Part shown: piece after piece, positions 19,568 through 28,567 of the stretch | Position numbering within the stretch: position 1 is the first letter of the stretch | Layout of the letters: each line of letters starts with the position of its first letter | Assembly (NCBI GenBank): GCA_965602015.1 | Contig: OZ271918.1 | Location: 2,592,001 to 2,656,000 of the forward strand | Source of the DNA: Salinispira sp. | GTDB taxonomy: Bacteria > Spirochaetota > Spirochaetia > DSM-27196 > Salinispiraceae | Reading direction: 5' to 3' | DNA: 64,000 nt | The notes under the pieces: model-generated | Told to the model about the DNA's origin: nothing | The model's database searches: none | The model's input: only the letters and a program-made list of their open reading frames with translations | Translations under genes and position numbers: made by a program

Positions 19568-19984
19568 ATGGCGCTTACCAGTTCATATCCGGTATTACTT
19601 TCTGATAAAGTAGAAGAAACCGCCAGGTTTTACATTGAGAAACTTGGGTTTGAAAAAAGTTTTAGCTCAGATTGGTATGTAAGCATGAAAAATACCAGCG
19701 GTGAGACGAGCTTTGAATTGGCAGTTCTCCAATATGATCACGAGACCATCCTGGAAAAATTCCGCAAGAGGGGTGAAGGTGTCTTGTATAATTTCGAAGT
19801 GACTGATGTGACGGCGGAATATGAGCGCTTATCGAAAGATCCGGAGGTCAGCATCATACTGAAAATTCGCGATGAGGCCTTTGGACAACGTCATTTTATT
19901 ATGGTGGATCCATCGGGAAACATGATTGATGTTATAGAAAACATTCCTCCCTCTGAAGAGTTTTTGGCTCAGTACCGGGAATAG
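19568..19984 (+). CDS. VOC / glyoxalase / bleomycin-resistance family protein
   Basis: FYIEKLGFE; RDEAFGQRHFIMVDPSGNMIDVIE; AGGAGG RBS before ATG 19568. Confidence 0.9.
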   Translation: MALTSSYPVLLSDKVEETARFYIEKLGFEKSFSSDWYVSMKNTSGETSFELAVLQYDHETILEKFRKRGEGVLYNFEVTDVTAEYERLSKDPEVSIILKIRDEAFGQRHFIMVDPSGNMIDVIENIPPSEEFLAQYRE

Positions 19985-20160
19985 TTAATATAATCAGGGA
20001 GTAACTAAAACGATCAATCATTGGTAGTCCCTAAACGGGAGACCAGGTCTCTTGGCCGGGGATTTTACGGAATCCAATCAGCCGGTCTCAAGGCGCTTTT
20101 GAGTCGATTGTGGCGGCGAAATAGTATTAGCCCTATAGATTAGAAGTACGGAGGCCTTAA

Positions 20161-20946
20161 GTGGCTAAAAAACTCAAGCTGTATTGCAACATCGAGCTGG
20201 CGATGCGACTGGCTGAAAAGTTTGAAGGCTATGTCCCGTTCAATACAAAGGGTTTTCTCGATGGTCTGGAAAAAGAACTCAATGCACTGGAATTAAGGGG
20301 GCGGGTCTACCTTATGGCCGACCGTATCCATTCAGCTTTTGGCAGGGAGCTCAACCCGGAGGCCAGGCTCGATGCCGTTCAATCGATTCTCGGCCCACCG
20401 CTTGAGGGTGAAGAGGGGATGTTTAATTATGGTTACTGGCTGATGCCGGTTGCCGCCTACCTTGAGCGCCATTGCCTGGCAACCCCTGAGAAAACCCTCG
20501 AGGTGATGGCCGAATTGACAAAACGCCATACAGGAGAATACTGCATCCGCCCGTTTATAGAAGAGCATTATGATTATACCATGTCGAAGATTTCAGAATG
20601 GTCCAACTCACCGAACGTCCATGTCCGCCGCTTGGCCAGCGAGGGTATCCGTCCCAGGCTGCCGTGGGCAAGAAAACTGGAGCGCTTTATTAATAATCCC
20701 CAACCGGTTCTGGAAATTCTGGAGAGCTACGAGCACGAGTTGTCGTCATTTGTCTGCACCTCGGTAGGTAATAATCTGGGGGACATAGTAAAGGACAACC
20801 TCGATGCGGTGCTACCCTTGCTGGAGAAGTGGCTTCAAAGCTCAGCGCCAAAGGCCCGATGGATGGTCAGGCACGCCGTGCGAACCCCCAGAAAAAAAGG
20901 CGTTGATTGGGCGATTGATATTCATACCCGGAGTCTGTCAGGGTGA
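20161..20946 (+). CDS. HEAT-repeat DNA alkylation repair protein, AlkC-like
   Basis: LTKRHTGEYCIRPFI; HVRRLASEGIRPRLPW; SVGNNLGDI. Confidence 0.85.
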   Translation: MAKKLKLYCNIELAMRLAEKFEGYVPFNTKGFLDGLEKELNALELRGRVYLMADRIHSAFGRELNPEARLDAVQSILGPPLEGEEGMFNYGYWLMPVAAYLERHCLATPEKTLEVMAELTKRHTGEYCIRPFIEEHYDYTMSKISEWSNSPNVHVRRLASEGIRPRLPWARKLERFINNPQPVLEILESYEHELSSFVCTSVGNNLGDIVKDNLDAVLPLLEKWLQSSAPKARWMVRHAVRTPRKKGVDWAIDIHTRSLSG

Positions 20947-20954
20947 AAAATAGA

Positions 20955-21097
20955 TAGTGCCCCGAAAACAGCTGATTTAAACCCTCTAACTTATCTATCG
21001 GACATAGTTTAACCGCCGTCAACTGCGCACAAAGGCAAATAACTCGGTTAATCATTCTCGAACAACGTGTTACCACACCCAAATCAGCTGTTTTCGG
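20955..21097. repeat. MITE-like element with terminal inverted repeats, right end clipped by IS3
   Basis: Left end TAGTGCCCCGAAAACAGCTGATTT (20955-20978); right end AAATCAGCTGTTTTCGG (21081-21097) is a perfect 17-bp inverted copy abutting the IS. Confidence 0.55.
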
Positions 21098-21135
21098 TGA
21101 ACCGCCCCGGGAATCCCGGAGAGTGTTTTGTATGA

Positions 21136-22071
21136 CTACAGCCCGCTGGCTGCGTCTTGCAGTTGATCATAATATGCCTTCTCAAACTCTGCCGGAGGCA
21201 TATATCCCAGGATTTCATAAATCCGTTTATTGTTGTACCAGCTTACCCATTCCAGCGTAGCAGCCTCAATAGCATCCAGGTTTTTCCACGGTCCTTTACG
21301 GTAGATCATTTCGGATTTGTACAGTCCGTTTATGGTTTCAGCCAGCGCGTTGTCATATGAGCTGCCTACACTCCCAACAGATGGGGCAATGCCTTCTTCT
21401 GCTAAGCGGTCAGAATACCGGATTGACAGATACTGGCTCCCACGATCACTGTGGTGGATCAGCCCATTTTCAGGTTGCCTTGCCCACAGGGCTTGTTCCA
21501 GAGCATCCAGCGTCAGCTCTGCGCTCATGGACCTCGAGGCACGCCATCCGACGATCATTCGTGAAAATACATCGATGATAAATGCCACATATACAAAACC
21601 CACCCAAGACGCGCAATAAGTGAAATCCGCCACCCACAGCTGATTCGGACGGTCGGCACTGAATTCCCTGTGCACCAAATCGAGCGGACGTTCATTTTTC
21701 GGGTCCGGTACTGTGGTTCGCACCTTGCGGCCTCGTATGACGCCTTTAAGCCCCATGACAGCCATGAGACGGGCCACGGTACATCGTGCGATCTGGAATC
21801 CTTCTCGCTTCAGCTGGTGCCAGACCTTGCGAACGCCGTAAACCTCATAATTCTCATCCCAAACCCTCTGGATCTCTGGCTTCAGGATTTCATCGCGCTT
21901 TACCCTTGCGGGAGCTGTTTCAGGGTGTTTTACTCGCTTTTTCTGTTCGTAGTACACCGAAGGAGCGATTGGCACCTGAGTACAAATCGGCTCGACCCCA
22001 TAGTCATCGCGGTGTTCATCAATGAAGCAGACTATTTCTTGTGTTGGCGGTCGAGCTCCGCCTTCGCGAAA
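21136..22071 (-). CDS. IS3 transposase OrfB (DDE), expressed through a -1 frameshift
   Basis: YGVRKVW; LWVADFTY; HHSDRGSQY; SYDNALAETING; frame open back to the T-TTC motif at 22071-22068. Confidence 0.92.
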   Translation of the reverse strand, partial: FREGGARPPTQEIVCFIDEHRDDYGVEPICTQVPIAPSVYYEQKKRVKHPETAPARVKRDEILKPEIQRVWDENYEVYGVRKVWHQLKREGFQIARCTVARLMAVMGLKGVIRGRKVRTTVPDPKNERPLDLVHREFSADRPNQLWVADFTYCASWVGFVYVAFIIDVFSRMIVGWRASRSMSAELTLDALEQALWARQPENGLIHHSDRGSQYLSIRYSDRLAEEGIAPSVGSVGSSYDNALAETINGLYKSEMIYRKGPWKNLDAIEAATLEWVSWYNNKRIYEILGYMPPAEFEKAYYDQLQDAASGL

Positions 22072-22075
22072 TATG
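21980..22075 (-). ncRNA. ALIL-type pseudoknot -1 frameshift stimulator
   Basis: U-UUC slippery tetramer, then hairpin GGCGG-AGCUCGA-CCGCC whose loop is complementary to the downstream UCGAGC (21995-21990). Confidence 0.7.
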
Positions 22076-22358
22076 CGGAAGCCAGACGTAGAATCTCATT
22101 GGCTTTCTTGAGCTCCCGGTTCTCCCGCTCGAGCTCCTTGATTCGCTTCTTCTCGTCGGTTGTAAGTCCCTCCCGACTACCATTATCTTTCTCGGCTTGG
22201 CGAACCCACCGCCGTAACGTCTCTGCAGTACAGCCTATCTTTTCAGCTATCGACTCAATTGCGGCCCACTGAGAATCATATTCACCTTTGGCGGCGAATA
22301 CCATGCGGATTGCCCGCTCCTTAACTTCCTCAGAAAACCTGCTGTTTTTCTTTACCAT
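22032..22358 (-). CDS. IS3 transposase OrfA
   Basis: RFSEEVKERAIRMV; IAEKIGCTAETLRRWVRQ HTH; ELERENRELKKANEILR leucine zipper. Confidence 0.95.
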   Translation of the reverse strand: MVKKNSRFSEEVKERAIRMVFAAKGEYDSQWAAIESIAEKIGCTAETLRRWVRQAEKDNGSREGLTTDEKKRIKELERENRELKKANEILRLASAYFAKAELDRQHKK

Positions 22359-22408
22359 GACTCCATCCTCTCACAAGATTTTGTCTCCGGTAAAGCCGGG
22401 GCGGTTCA

Positions 22409-23239
22409 AAAGTCGTAATAAAAAGAACGAAAAAGCAGACTGACCGACTTGAAGCTCTCAGCAAGTGGCAGGCCCATCTGGCAGGCGCGGGAATCGCCAC
22501 CATTCAGCCCATAAGTTTTAGGGGCAACACCTATAAAACAGTCGATGAAGAGAACTGGGTAGTTTACCCTTTTATAGAAGGCGATCATTATTCCGGAACA
22601 AGCGATCAAATTGAGCGGGCTGGCGACCTGCTGGGCCGCATCCACAAGGCAAGTACTACTGCATTTTTTAGCCACGGCTTTAGCTGGGACAATTACGACG
22701 ACGAGTTTTACCAAGAGGTAGCTGGCGTCATCGAAAGCATAGGTAAAAACTATGCGGAACAGACCCAAAGCCCTGAGTTTCTGCGACTGTTTGCCGATTT
22801 ATCGACCTTGCACTCCCAAAAGTGTGACGGCCTATCCAAGGTCGACCTTCCAACAGTTGATGGCCACTGGGACTATAAGGCTGGCAACCTTATTTACAAC
22901 GGTGAAAAAACTACCGTAATCGATACTGATAATGCGGGCCATATCCCACGGCTCTTCGATTTGGCCCTTGCACTGCTTCTTTTTCATACCGCTGAAGACT
23001 ACGCCCCCGCCAGGGTCTTTACCCCAGAGGAATGGCAGTTTTTTTACCGGGCATACGCTCAACACGTCCAGCTCACGGCACTAGAAAAGGATACCTGGCA
23101 GCAATTTTTACTGTTTGTATATATGGATGAAGTACTCTGGGCAATCAGCGACCTGGATGAGGATGAACCGCAAAGGCAGAAGGATTTTATGACTTCACTT
23201 GTGACCTTTGATTATCAGTCATATACCTTGGACTTTTAA
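22409..23239 (+). pseudogene. 5'-truncated APH/choline-kinase-like phosphotransferase
   Basis: Frame open from the first base after the IS (KVVIKRT...LGRIH...HWDYKAGNL...IDTD); start codon and N-terminal strands missing. Confidence 0.8.
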
Positions 23240-23500
23240 CATTCTCTCACTGGCGGTCATGTTCTCGCAGTCTGCCAGGGTCCAATCTTCCCGAACTGCA
23301 GTGCTCTCTCCGTGAAGGGGCATATCCACCAGGTAGATCCTGAGGTTTGTTACTGCGCCGATCACTTCGGCATAGAGCCGGCTATCGAGGTAGACTCCGT
23401 AGAGAATAACCACCGGCATGTCTCCGCGGGTACCCAGTTCCCTTATGTGAATATCACCAATACCAGTTTGAATCGTTCTCCTTTTCTCGGCTGAACTCAT
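23219..23500 (-). pseudogene. N-terminal fragment of an alpha/beta hydrolase
   Basis: PVVILYG...LVDMPLHGES pattern; ends before the nucleophile elbow. Confidence 0.65.
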
Positions 23501-23537
23501 GCGTACTTCTCTTTCGCGGGTAAAAAGCGTTTCTCGA

Positions 23538-23905
23538 TTATCGCCTCGAAGCGCTTCTGAGGCATAAGAGCTTTAAAAAGGGAAGAGATCGGGCGAGACT
23601 GCCGACGAAATAGCCGTACCTCTGCGTAGGATTTTCCAGGATCTTTTCCACCGTTCGCACCACATCTGCAATCTCAACCGGGCTTTTTTTCCTGTCATGG
23701 CGCATACGAGCGACCAGTTGTTTCAACGGCCCGGGAAAATGCCTGGCGAAGTAACACCTCATCACCAAGCTCCATGACGACCATGGGGTACGGCCGGTCA
23801 GTGACCGGTGTACTGCTGGTGCTAATGACCGAAAAACCCCGCTGATGAAGCCGATCGGCAATACCTTTTCCGATGCCCGAACCGGCGACGGTTAATACTT
23901 CATTA
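23538..23905 (-). pseudogene. Degraded short-chain dehydrogenase remnant
   Basis: VLTVAGSGIGKGIADRLHQRGFSV Rossmann start in one frame; SDR-like tail (VVRTVEKILENPTQRYGYFVG) in another; central catalytic part absent. Confidence 0.55.
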
Positions 23906-24024
23906 CTTCTCTATCTCCCTCCTGCTCCCTGGGCAATTATCCAGGGCGAAATCATAAACGAACTGAAACTGGGCGCGAATGCTCGAAAAGCGTTGTAAAT
24001 CTCAGCGTATCTGACTAACACAGA

Positions 24025-24318
24025 TCATACATGGGGCTTCCCCATACAGTCGAGATAGGTAAAATCGGAAAATCTCGCTGAGAACTGCGATTCTTCCGGA
24101 CTGAAGGCGTATACTCCGAATCGAACGATTTTATTTCCCACCTTAACCGGGGGATTACTTTTGGCCATGACCTCTGTCGTCTCGCCGAGGCAGTGAACCA
24201 ATGGTCGCTGTCCTGAGAAATCAACGGCCCGCATTGATCGAATCTGGATGAATAGGAAAAGCTCGTCTTCATCTCCGGGCTTAAAGTCCCGAAGCCGGCA
24301 GGGCTCACTCGGCGGCAT
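24025..24318 (-). pseudogene. Chimeric remnant (GNAT-like start joined to a DUF1349-like end)
   Basis: MPPSEPCRLRDFKPGDEDELF then FGVYAFSPEESQFSARFSDF; too short for either family. Confidence 0.4.
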
Positions 24319-24715
24319 CGACGGTTCTCGCCGGCGCTTTGGGAGAGTACAAAAAAGCCAAATAGGCGAAGCCGATGGCAAGCAGCGCCATTACGAAGAA
24401 GGGGGCCCACATTACCCGGGAGAGCAGCCCGGATGACAGACCGCGATACAGGGCAAGGGCAATAACAACAAAAGACAGGGTGTTTGCCAGAACAAGCGGC
24501 TTGTTATAGATTCCCCCGATTGCAGCTCTCCGCGTCATCCAGTTTAGAAGTCCCAAACCGAGACTCAACCCCGCATCAATCTGTAAACTGAAAGCTAGGG
24601 CTTCATCTTCTCCCATACCCATGATTGAAGCCGACTCATCGGGAATAAAATTTAAGAGAACCCCAAGAATAAACAGCACAATTGCGGCAGCGGTAATCAT
24701 GATTTTTCCGAACAC
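24305..24715 (-). CDS. Hypothetical 4-TM membrane protein
   Basis: 136 aa hydrophobic; LNWM...GGIYNKPL; GAGGAG RBS. Confidence 0.75.
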   Translation of the reverse strand: MFGKIMITAAAIVLFILGVLLNFIPDESASIMGMGEDEALAFSLQIDAGLSLGLGLLNWMTRRAAIGGIYNKPLVLANTLSFVVIALALYRGLSSGLLSRVMWAPFFVMALLAIGFAYLAFLYSPKAPARTVDAAE

Positions 24716-24843
24716 GATGATCTCCTCAAGTAGAAAGCTACGATAATAATGACTCAGTCGAGTGCGTAAAAACAGGATAGCTGCATGCGCTGGAAGGTGA
24801 ATCCTTGCAGATTATCCTGAGTGATTCTATCATTATAACTATC

Positions 24844-25542
24844 ATGACTAAAAGCGATGTGTTTGCTCTTCTTGAAGAGAATAAGAACCAGAAGGGCATT
24901 GATAACTGGGATGAAAGTAAAAACGGGAATTTACACAGTTACGGCCTGGGACTGACAGCCCTGAGGAAGATGGCAAAAAAAATCGGACGGGATAGCCGGC
25001 TGGCTGCCGATTTGTGGGACAGCGATTGCCACGATGCCCGAATTATATCGCTGCTCATTGACGATCCGAAAACCATAACCCGCGAGCAGGCGGAATCTCA
25101 GGTTGAACAGCTTGAAGGCGGATATCTTGCCCATGTCTTTTCATCCTGCGACGCAACCCTCGGAAAGGCACCCTTCGTCAGGGAGTTGGCGGATGAATGG
25201 ATTCAAAGCAGCGACGCGATGCGCCGTTGCTGCGGATACGGCCTGCTGTATGAGCTTTCGAAATCAAAAAAGAAATCAGCCCCTTCCGACGGGTATTTTC
25301 ACAAACATCTTGAACACATTGAAGATAGCTATCAAAATGCCGACGTTCCGCTTTTGATGTCGATGGGCACAGCCCTGTTGGGGATAGGCAAGCGGAACCT
25401 GGAGCTTCATGCCCACGCTCTCCGGATTGCACGATTGATCGGCCCGGTGGATTTCAACCAGGAGGGTCAAAACTGCGACCCTATGGACGTGGCCAAGAAT
25501 CTCACCAGCGACGCGGTTCTCAAAATGATGGGGCTCGCCTGA
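24844..25542 (+). CDS. HEAT-repeat DNA alkylation repair protein, AlkD-like
   Basis: SYGLGLTALRKMAKKIGRD..LA..LW.SD.HDARII; WIQS...RR.CGY; start reassigned to ATG 24844. Confidence 0.8.
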   Translation: MTKSDVFALLEENKNQKGIDNWDESKNGNLHSYGLGLTALRKMAKKIGRDSRLAADLWDSDCHDARIISLLIDDPKTITREQAESQVEQLEGGYLAHVFSSCDATLGKAPFVRELADEWIQSSDAMRRCCGYGLLYELSKSKKKSAPSDGYFHKHLEHIEDSYQNADVPLLMSMGTALLGIGKRNLELHAHALRIARLIGPVDFNQEGQNCDPMDVAKNLTSDAVLKMMGLA

Positions 25543-25589
25543 ACATAAACCAGTGCCCAAAGCTTGTGGAATGCCGGCCTAAGCGCCGG

Positions 25590-26354
25590 TCAGCCGCGGG
25601 TGCCTTCTGATACCAGCAGGTTAAACAGATACTCGCCAAGCAGGGCCAAAGAGACGATTACCAGTGTGCCCGAAAGCACCAGGGCCGAGTTTCGAAGGGT
25701 CAGGCCGCTCATGATTATGGTTCCCAGGCCGCCGGCTCCGATAACCGCCCCGATGGAAGCGGTTCCCAAATTGAGAATATAGGCATGGCGGATCCCGGTC
25801 AGAATGAAGGACCGGGCCTGGGGAAACTCAACCATAAACAGCCGCTGCGTTTCGGTCATACCCATTCCCGTTGCCGCATCGATAATTGCCGGGGAAATGC
25901 TGCTGAATCCCACGATGGTGTTGCCCACTACGGGGAACAGTGAATATAAAAAGAGGGCAAACAGCGTGGGTTCCCACCCGAATCCCAGAAATGGAAAAGC
26001 GAGTATTATGACCGCCGACGGGGGGAAGGTTTGAATAAACGCATTGATTTTTTGAAGAATCGCCTGGAAATCCCGACCCCAGCTTCTGGTAACCACAACC
26101 CCGAGCACCAGGCCGATAAAAACCGAAAGGGCCGTTGCGGCGAGGGTGAGCACCAGGTGGGTGCCCGTCATTTCCAGCAGACTGACCCGGCTGTGCAGGA
26201 AGCTGTCCTCCCCGGGATACAGGGCGGACAGCAGGAACTGCTGCACATCGGGAAATGCAACAAAAACGATGATGAAGATGAGAAGAAACAGGTGCAGTCC
26301 GGCGGCAAGAGGCCCTTTGACCTTACTGGATGCTGATTTTTCGAATACTTTCAT
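25590..26354 (-). CDS. yehW: Osmoprotectant ABC transporter permease (YehW/OsmW-like)
   Basis: QTFPPSAV; DAATGMGM EAA loop; IGAGGLG. Confidence 0.85.
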   Translation of the reverse strand: MKVFEKSASSKVKGPLAAGLHLFLLIFIIVFVAFPDVQQFLLSALYPGEDSFLHSRVSLLEMTGTHLVLTLAATALSVFIGLVLGVVVTRSWGRDFQAILQKINAFIQTFPPSAVIILAFPFLGFGWEPTLFALFLYSLFPVVGNTIVGFSSISPAIIDAATGMGMTETQRLFMVEFPQARSFILTGIRHAYILNLGTASIGAVIGAGGLGTIIMSGLTLRNSALVLSGTLVIVSLALLGEYLFNLLVSEGTRG

Positions 26355-27390
26355 ATCGCACTTCACCTATCAGGGCGCCGTTCTCATCGACAACCGGAAC
26401 CGCCGGCAGCCCGAGGCTCAGAATCCGGCTCATGCATTCCTTCAGCGAGGAGTAGGCCACCACGCATTGACCCGACATGTCCACCGGTCGTCGGACCTGT
26501 GTTCCGTCTATCAGCGCGACGCCCAGCACTGGTCTTCCTTCGGTGTCGACCGTCCAGTGAACCCTTCCCTCCTCGGCCGGAGCTTCCGCTTCGCCGTAAT
26601 CGGCGCTCGAAAGTGAGCGGTCGGCGGTAAACAGGGTCAGCCGTTTTATGGCCCGGTCTGGTCCGAGAAACTGTTCGACGAACTCGTCGGCGGGATTCGC
26701 CAGGATTGCTTCCGGAGAATCGGCCTGCACCACCCGGCCGGCCTTCATGATAACCAGATGGTCAGCCAGGCGAACCGCCTCTTCAAGATCGTGGGTGACG
26801 AATACCACGGTCTTTTTCAGCTTTCGCTGTATCCTGATAAACTCATCCTGGAGAATTTCCCGGTTCAGCGGATCCACCGCACCGAAGGGCTCATCCATCA
26901 ACAGCACCGGCGGGTCCGCCCCAAGGGCCCGGGCAACGCCGACCCGCTGGCCTTCCCCGCCGCTGAGTTCGTGGGGATATTTGTCCGCATAGATTTCCGG
27001 ATCGAGCTTCACCAGCGAAAGCAATTGCCCACAGCGCTCGTTACGCCTCTGGGGGTCCCAGCCGAGCAAACGGGGAACCAGGGTGACATTCTGGCCGACG
27101 GTCATGTGTGGAATGAGGCCCACGCTTTGAATGGCGTATCCCATCTGCCGGCGCAGTTCGTTGGGATCCTGCTCGAGAATATCGGTTCCCCGGTAACGGA
27201 TGCTGCCTCCGTGGGCCTTCACCAAGCCGTTTATGCTTCTGAGGGTCGTTGACTTGCCGCAGCCGCTTGGACCGATAAAAACCGTCACCCGGTTCTCCGG
27301 AATTTCGAGGCTAATGCCCTCGAGAGCGACGGTGGAACCGTAGCGCACTTCGAGATTCCGGATTGAAATTGCCGTTGTTGCATTATTCAT
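26323..27390 (-). CDS. yehX: Osmoprotectant ABC transporter ATP-binding protein (YehX/OsmV-like)
   Basis: GPSGCGKST; LSGGE; LMDEPFGAVDP; C-terminal CBS-like PVVDENG. Confidence 0.9.
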   Translation of the reverse strand: MNNATTAISIRNLEVRYGSTVALEGISLEIPENRVTVFIGPSGCGKSTTLRSINGLVKAHGGSIRYRGTDILEQDPNELRRQMGYAIQSVGLIPHMTVGQNVTLVPRLLGWDPQRRNERCGQLLSLVKLDPEIYADKYPHELSGGEGQRVGVARALGADPPVLLMDEPFGAVDPLNREILQDEFIRIQRKLKKTVVFVTHDLEEAVRLADHLVIMKAGRVVQADSPEAILANPADEFVEQFLGPDRAIKRLTLFTADRSLSSADYGEAEAPAEEGRVHWTVDTEGRPVLGVALIDGTQVRRPVDMSGQCVVAYSSLKECMSRILSLGLPAVPVVDENGALIGEVRYESIRKISIQ

Positions 27391-28564
27391 GTTGCGCTCC
27401 GGGAGTAAGTTGACGCCTCAGAACCGGGGGACTGAGCTGCCAAATCGATATAGATAATAGCTTATCGGAAATGATGGTGAGGGTGATGATGAGGAACATC
27501 CCCAGCAGCACCATGTCGGACGATGCCTGTCCGAGTCCTTCGAAGACAAAAACCCCCAGTCCGTCACCGCCGATAAGCTTCGCGAGGGTCGCATTGCCGA
27601 GGGTCTGAATGAGGGCAACCCTGATGCCGTGGAGAATAACCGGCGTGCTCAGGGGTATGCGGATCAGCCGCCACAGTTGTCGTTCGCTCATCCCCATTCC
27701 CCTGCCGGCGCCGATGACCTTTTTATCAATTGACGACAGGCCGGAAAAACTGTAGCGGATAACCGGATACAGGCCGTACACGCTCAATGCAATAATCGCC
27801 GGAGCGTTGCCGATGCCCCTTATGCCCATCTCGCGTAAGGCGGGCAGGGCCTGAGAGAGGGCCGCGAGGGGGGCGATCATCAAGCCGAAAAGGGCTATGC
27901 TGGGAATGGTCTGTAAAATGTTGATGACGGGAAAAAGCGCCTGGCGGACCGTTTTTTTTGAAAATGCGAGAATCGCCGCGGGTATCCCGATGACACTGCT
28001 GATGCCGACGGATGTCAGGGTAATGCGCAGGTGATTACCGAACTCGAGCAACAGCCTTCGACGCTGGTTTACCGCCTCCATTACTATGCCCAAAGATTGG
28101 AAGCTCCCCCGGGCGGCAAAAAATACGACCGCGGAGGCAATTACCAGCAGACAGGCGGCAATAGCCCCTGAACGCATCCCCGAGGAAATCACCGTCACCA
28201 GCCCGGCGAGAATATACAGGTATACCCCGAAGCCTATGCCCACTCTTCCGATATCACCTATTTGCGAGGCAAAAGCTATTTCGACGGTAGAGAGCACATA
28301 CAGAGCGAGAGCCGTCGGAATGCTGCCCTGGATTATCAGGGCTGGAGCATGGAGGCCGGGGGATGCGGATTGGTAGAGCAGAATGAGGAAGGCCGGAGAG
28401 AGCAAGGCGGGAAGCCAAAACGGGGCTCCCCCCTCAAAGAGGGAAAACGCCGCGGCCGCCGCCACTCTGTTGGGCCGAATGTCGAACCAGGGGAAAATAA
28501 AACTGGCGGCGTAGAGCAGCGCCGCCAGTATGACGATTTTCCTCCGCTGAGCGGACGGATTCAT
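27383..28564 (-). CDS. yehY: Osmoprotectant ABC transporter permease (YehY-like)
   Basis: RPNRV N-terminal motif; QTIPSIALFGLMIAPL; GRGMGM. Confidence 0.88.
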   Translation of the reverse strand: MNPSAQRRKIVILAALLYAASFIFPWFDIRPNRVAAAAAFSLFEGGAPFWLPALLSPAFLILLYQSASPGLHAPALIIQGSIPTALALYVLSTVEIAFASQIGDIGRVGIGFGVYLYILAGLVTVISSGMRSGAIAACLLVIASAVVFFAARGSFQSLGIVMEAVNQRRRLLLEFGNHLRITLTSVGISSVIGIPAAILAFSKKTVRQALFPVINILQTIPSIALFGLMIAPLAALSQALPALREMGIRGIGNAPAIIALSVYGLYPVIRYSFSGLSSIDKKVIGAGRGMGMSERQLWRLIRIPLSTPVILHGIRVALIQTLGNATLAKLIGGDGLGVFVFEGLGQASSDMVLLGMFLIITLTIISDKLLSISIWQLSPPVLRRQLTPGAQHE

Positions 28565-28567
28565 GAT

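Larger units (their letters stand above)
21098..22408 (-). mobile_element. IS3-family insertion sequence, IS51 group (IS629/IS3411-like), 1311 bp
   Basis: Terminal IRs TGAACCGCCCCGG at both ends; orfA/orfB organisation; flanks CGG and AAA show no target duplication. Confidence 0.95.

Noticed and set aside
22406..22768. 120-aa minus-strand ORF next to the IS
   Set aside because: Antisense to the truncated phosphotransferase frame
23927..23960. CAGGGCGAAATCAT resembling an ISAs1-type end
   Set aside because: No partner end or transposase in the window; could be a simple hairpin
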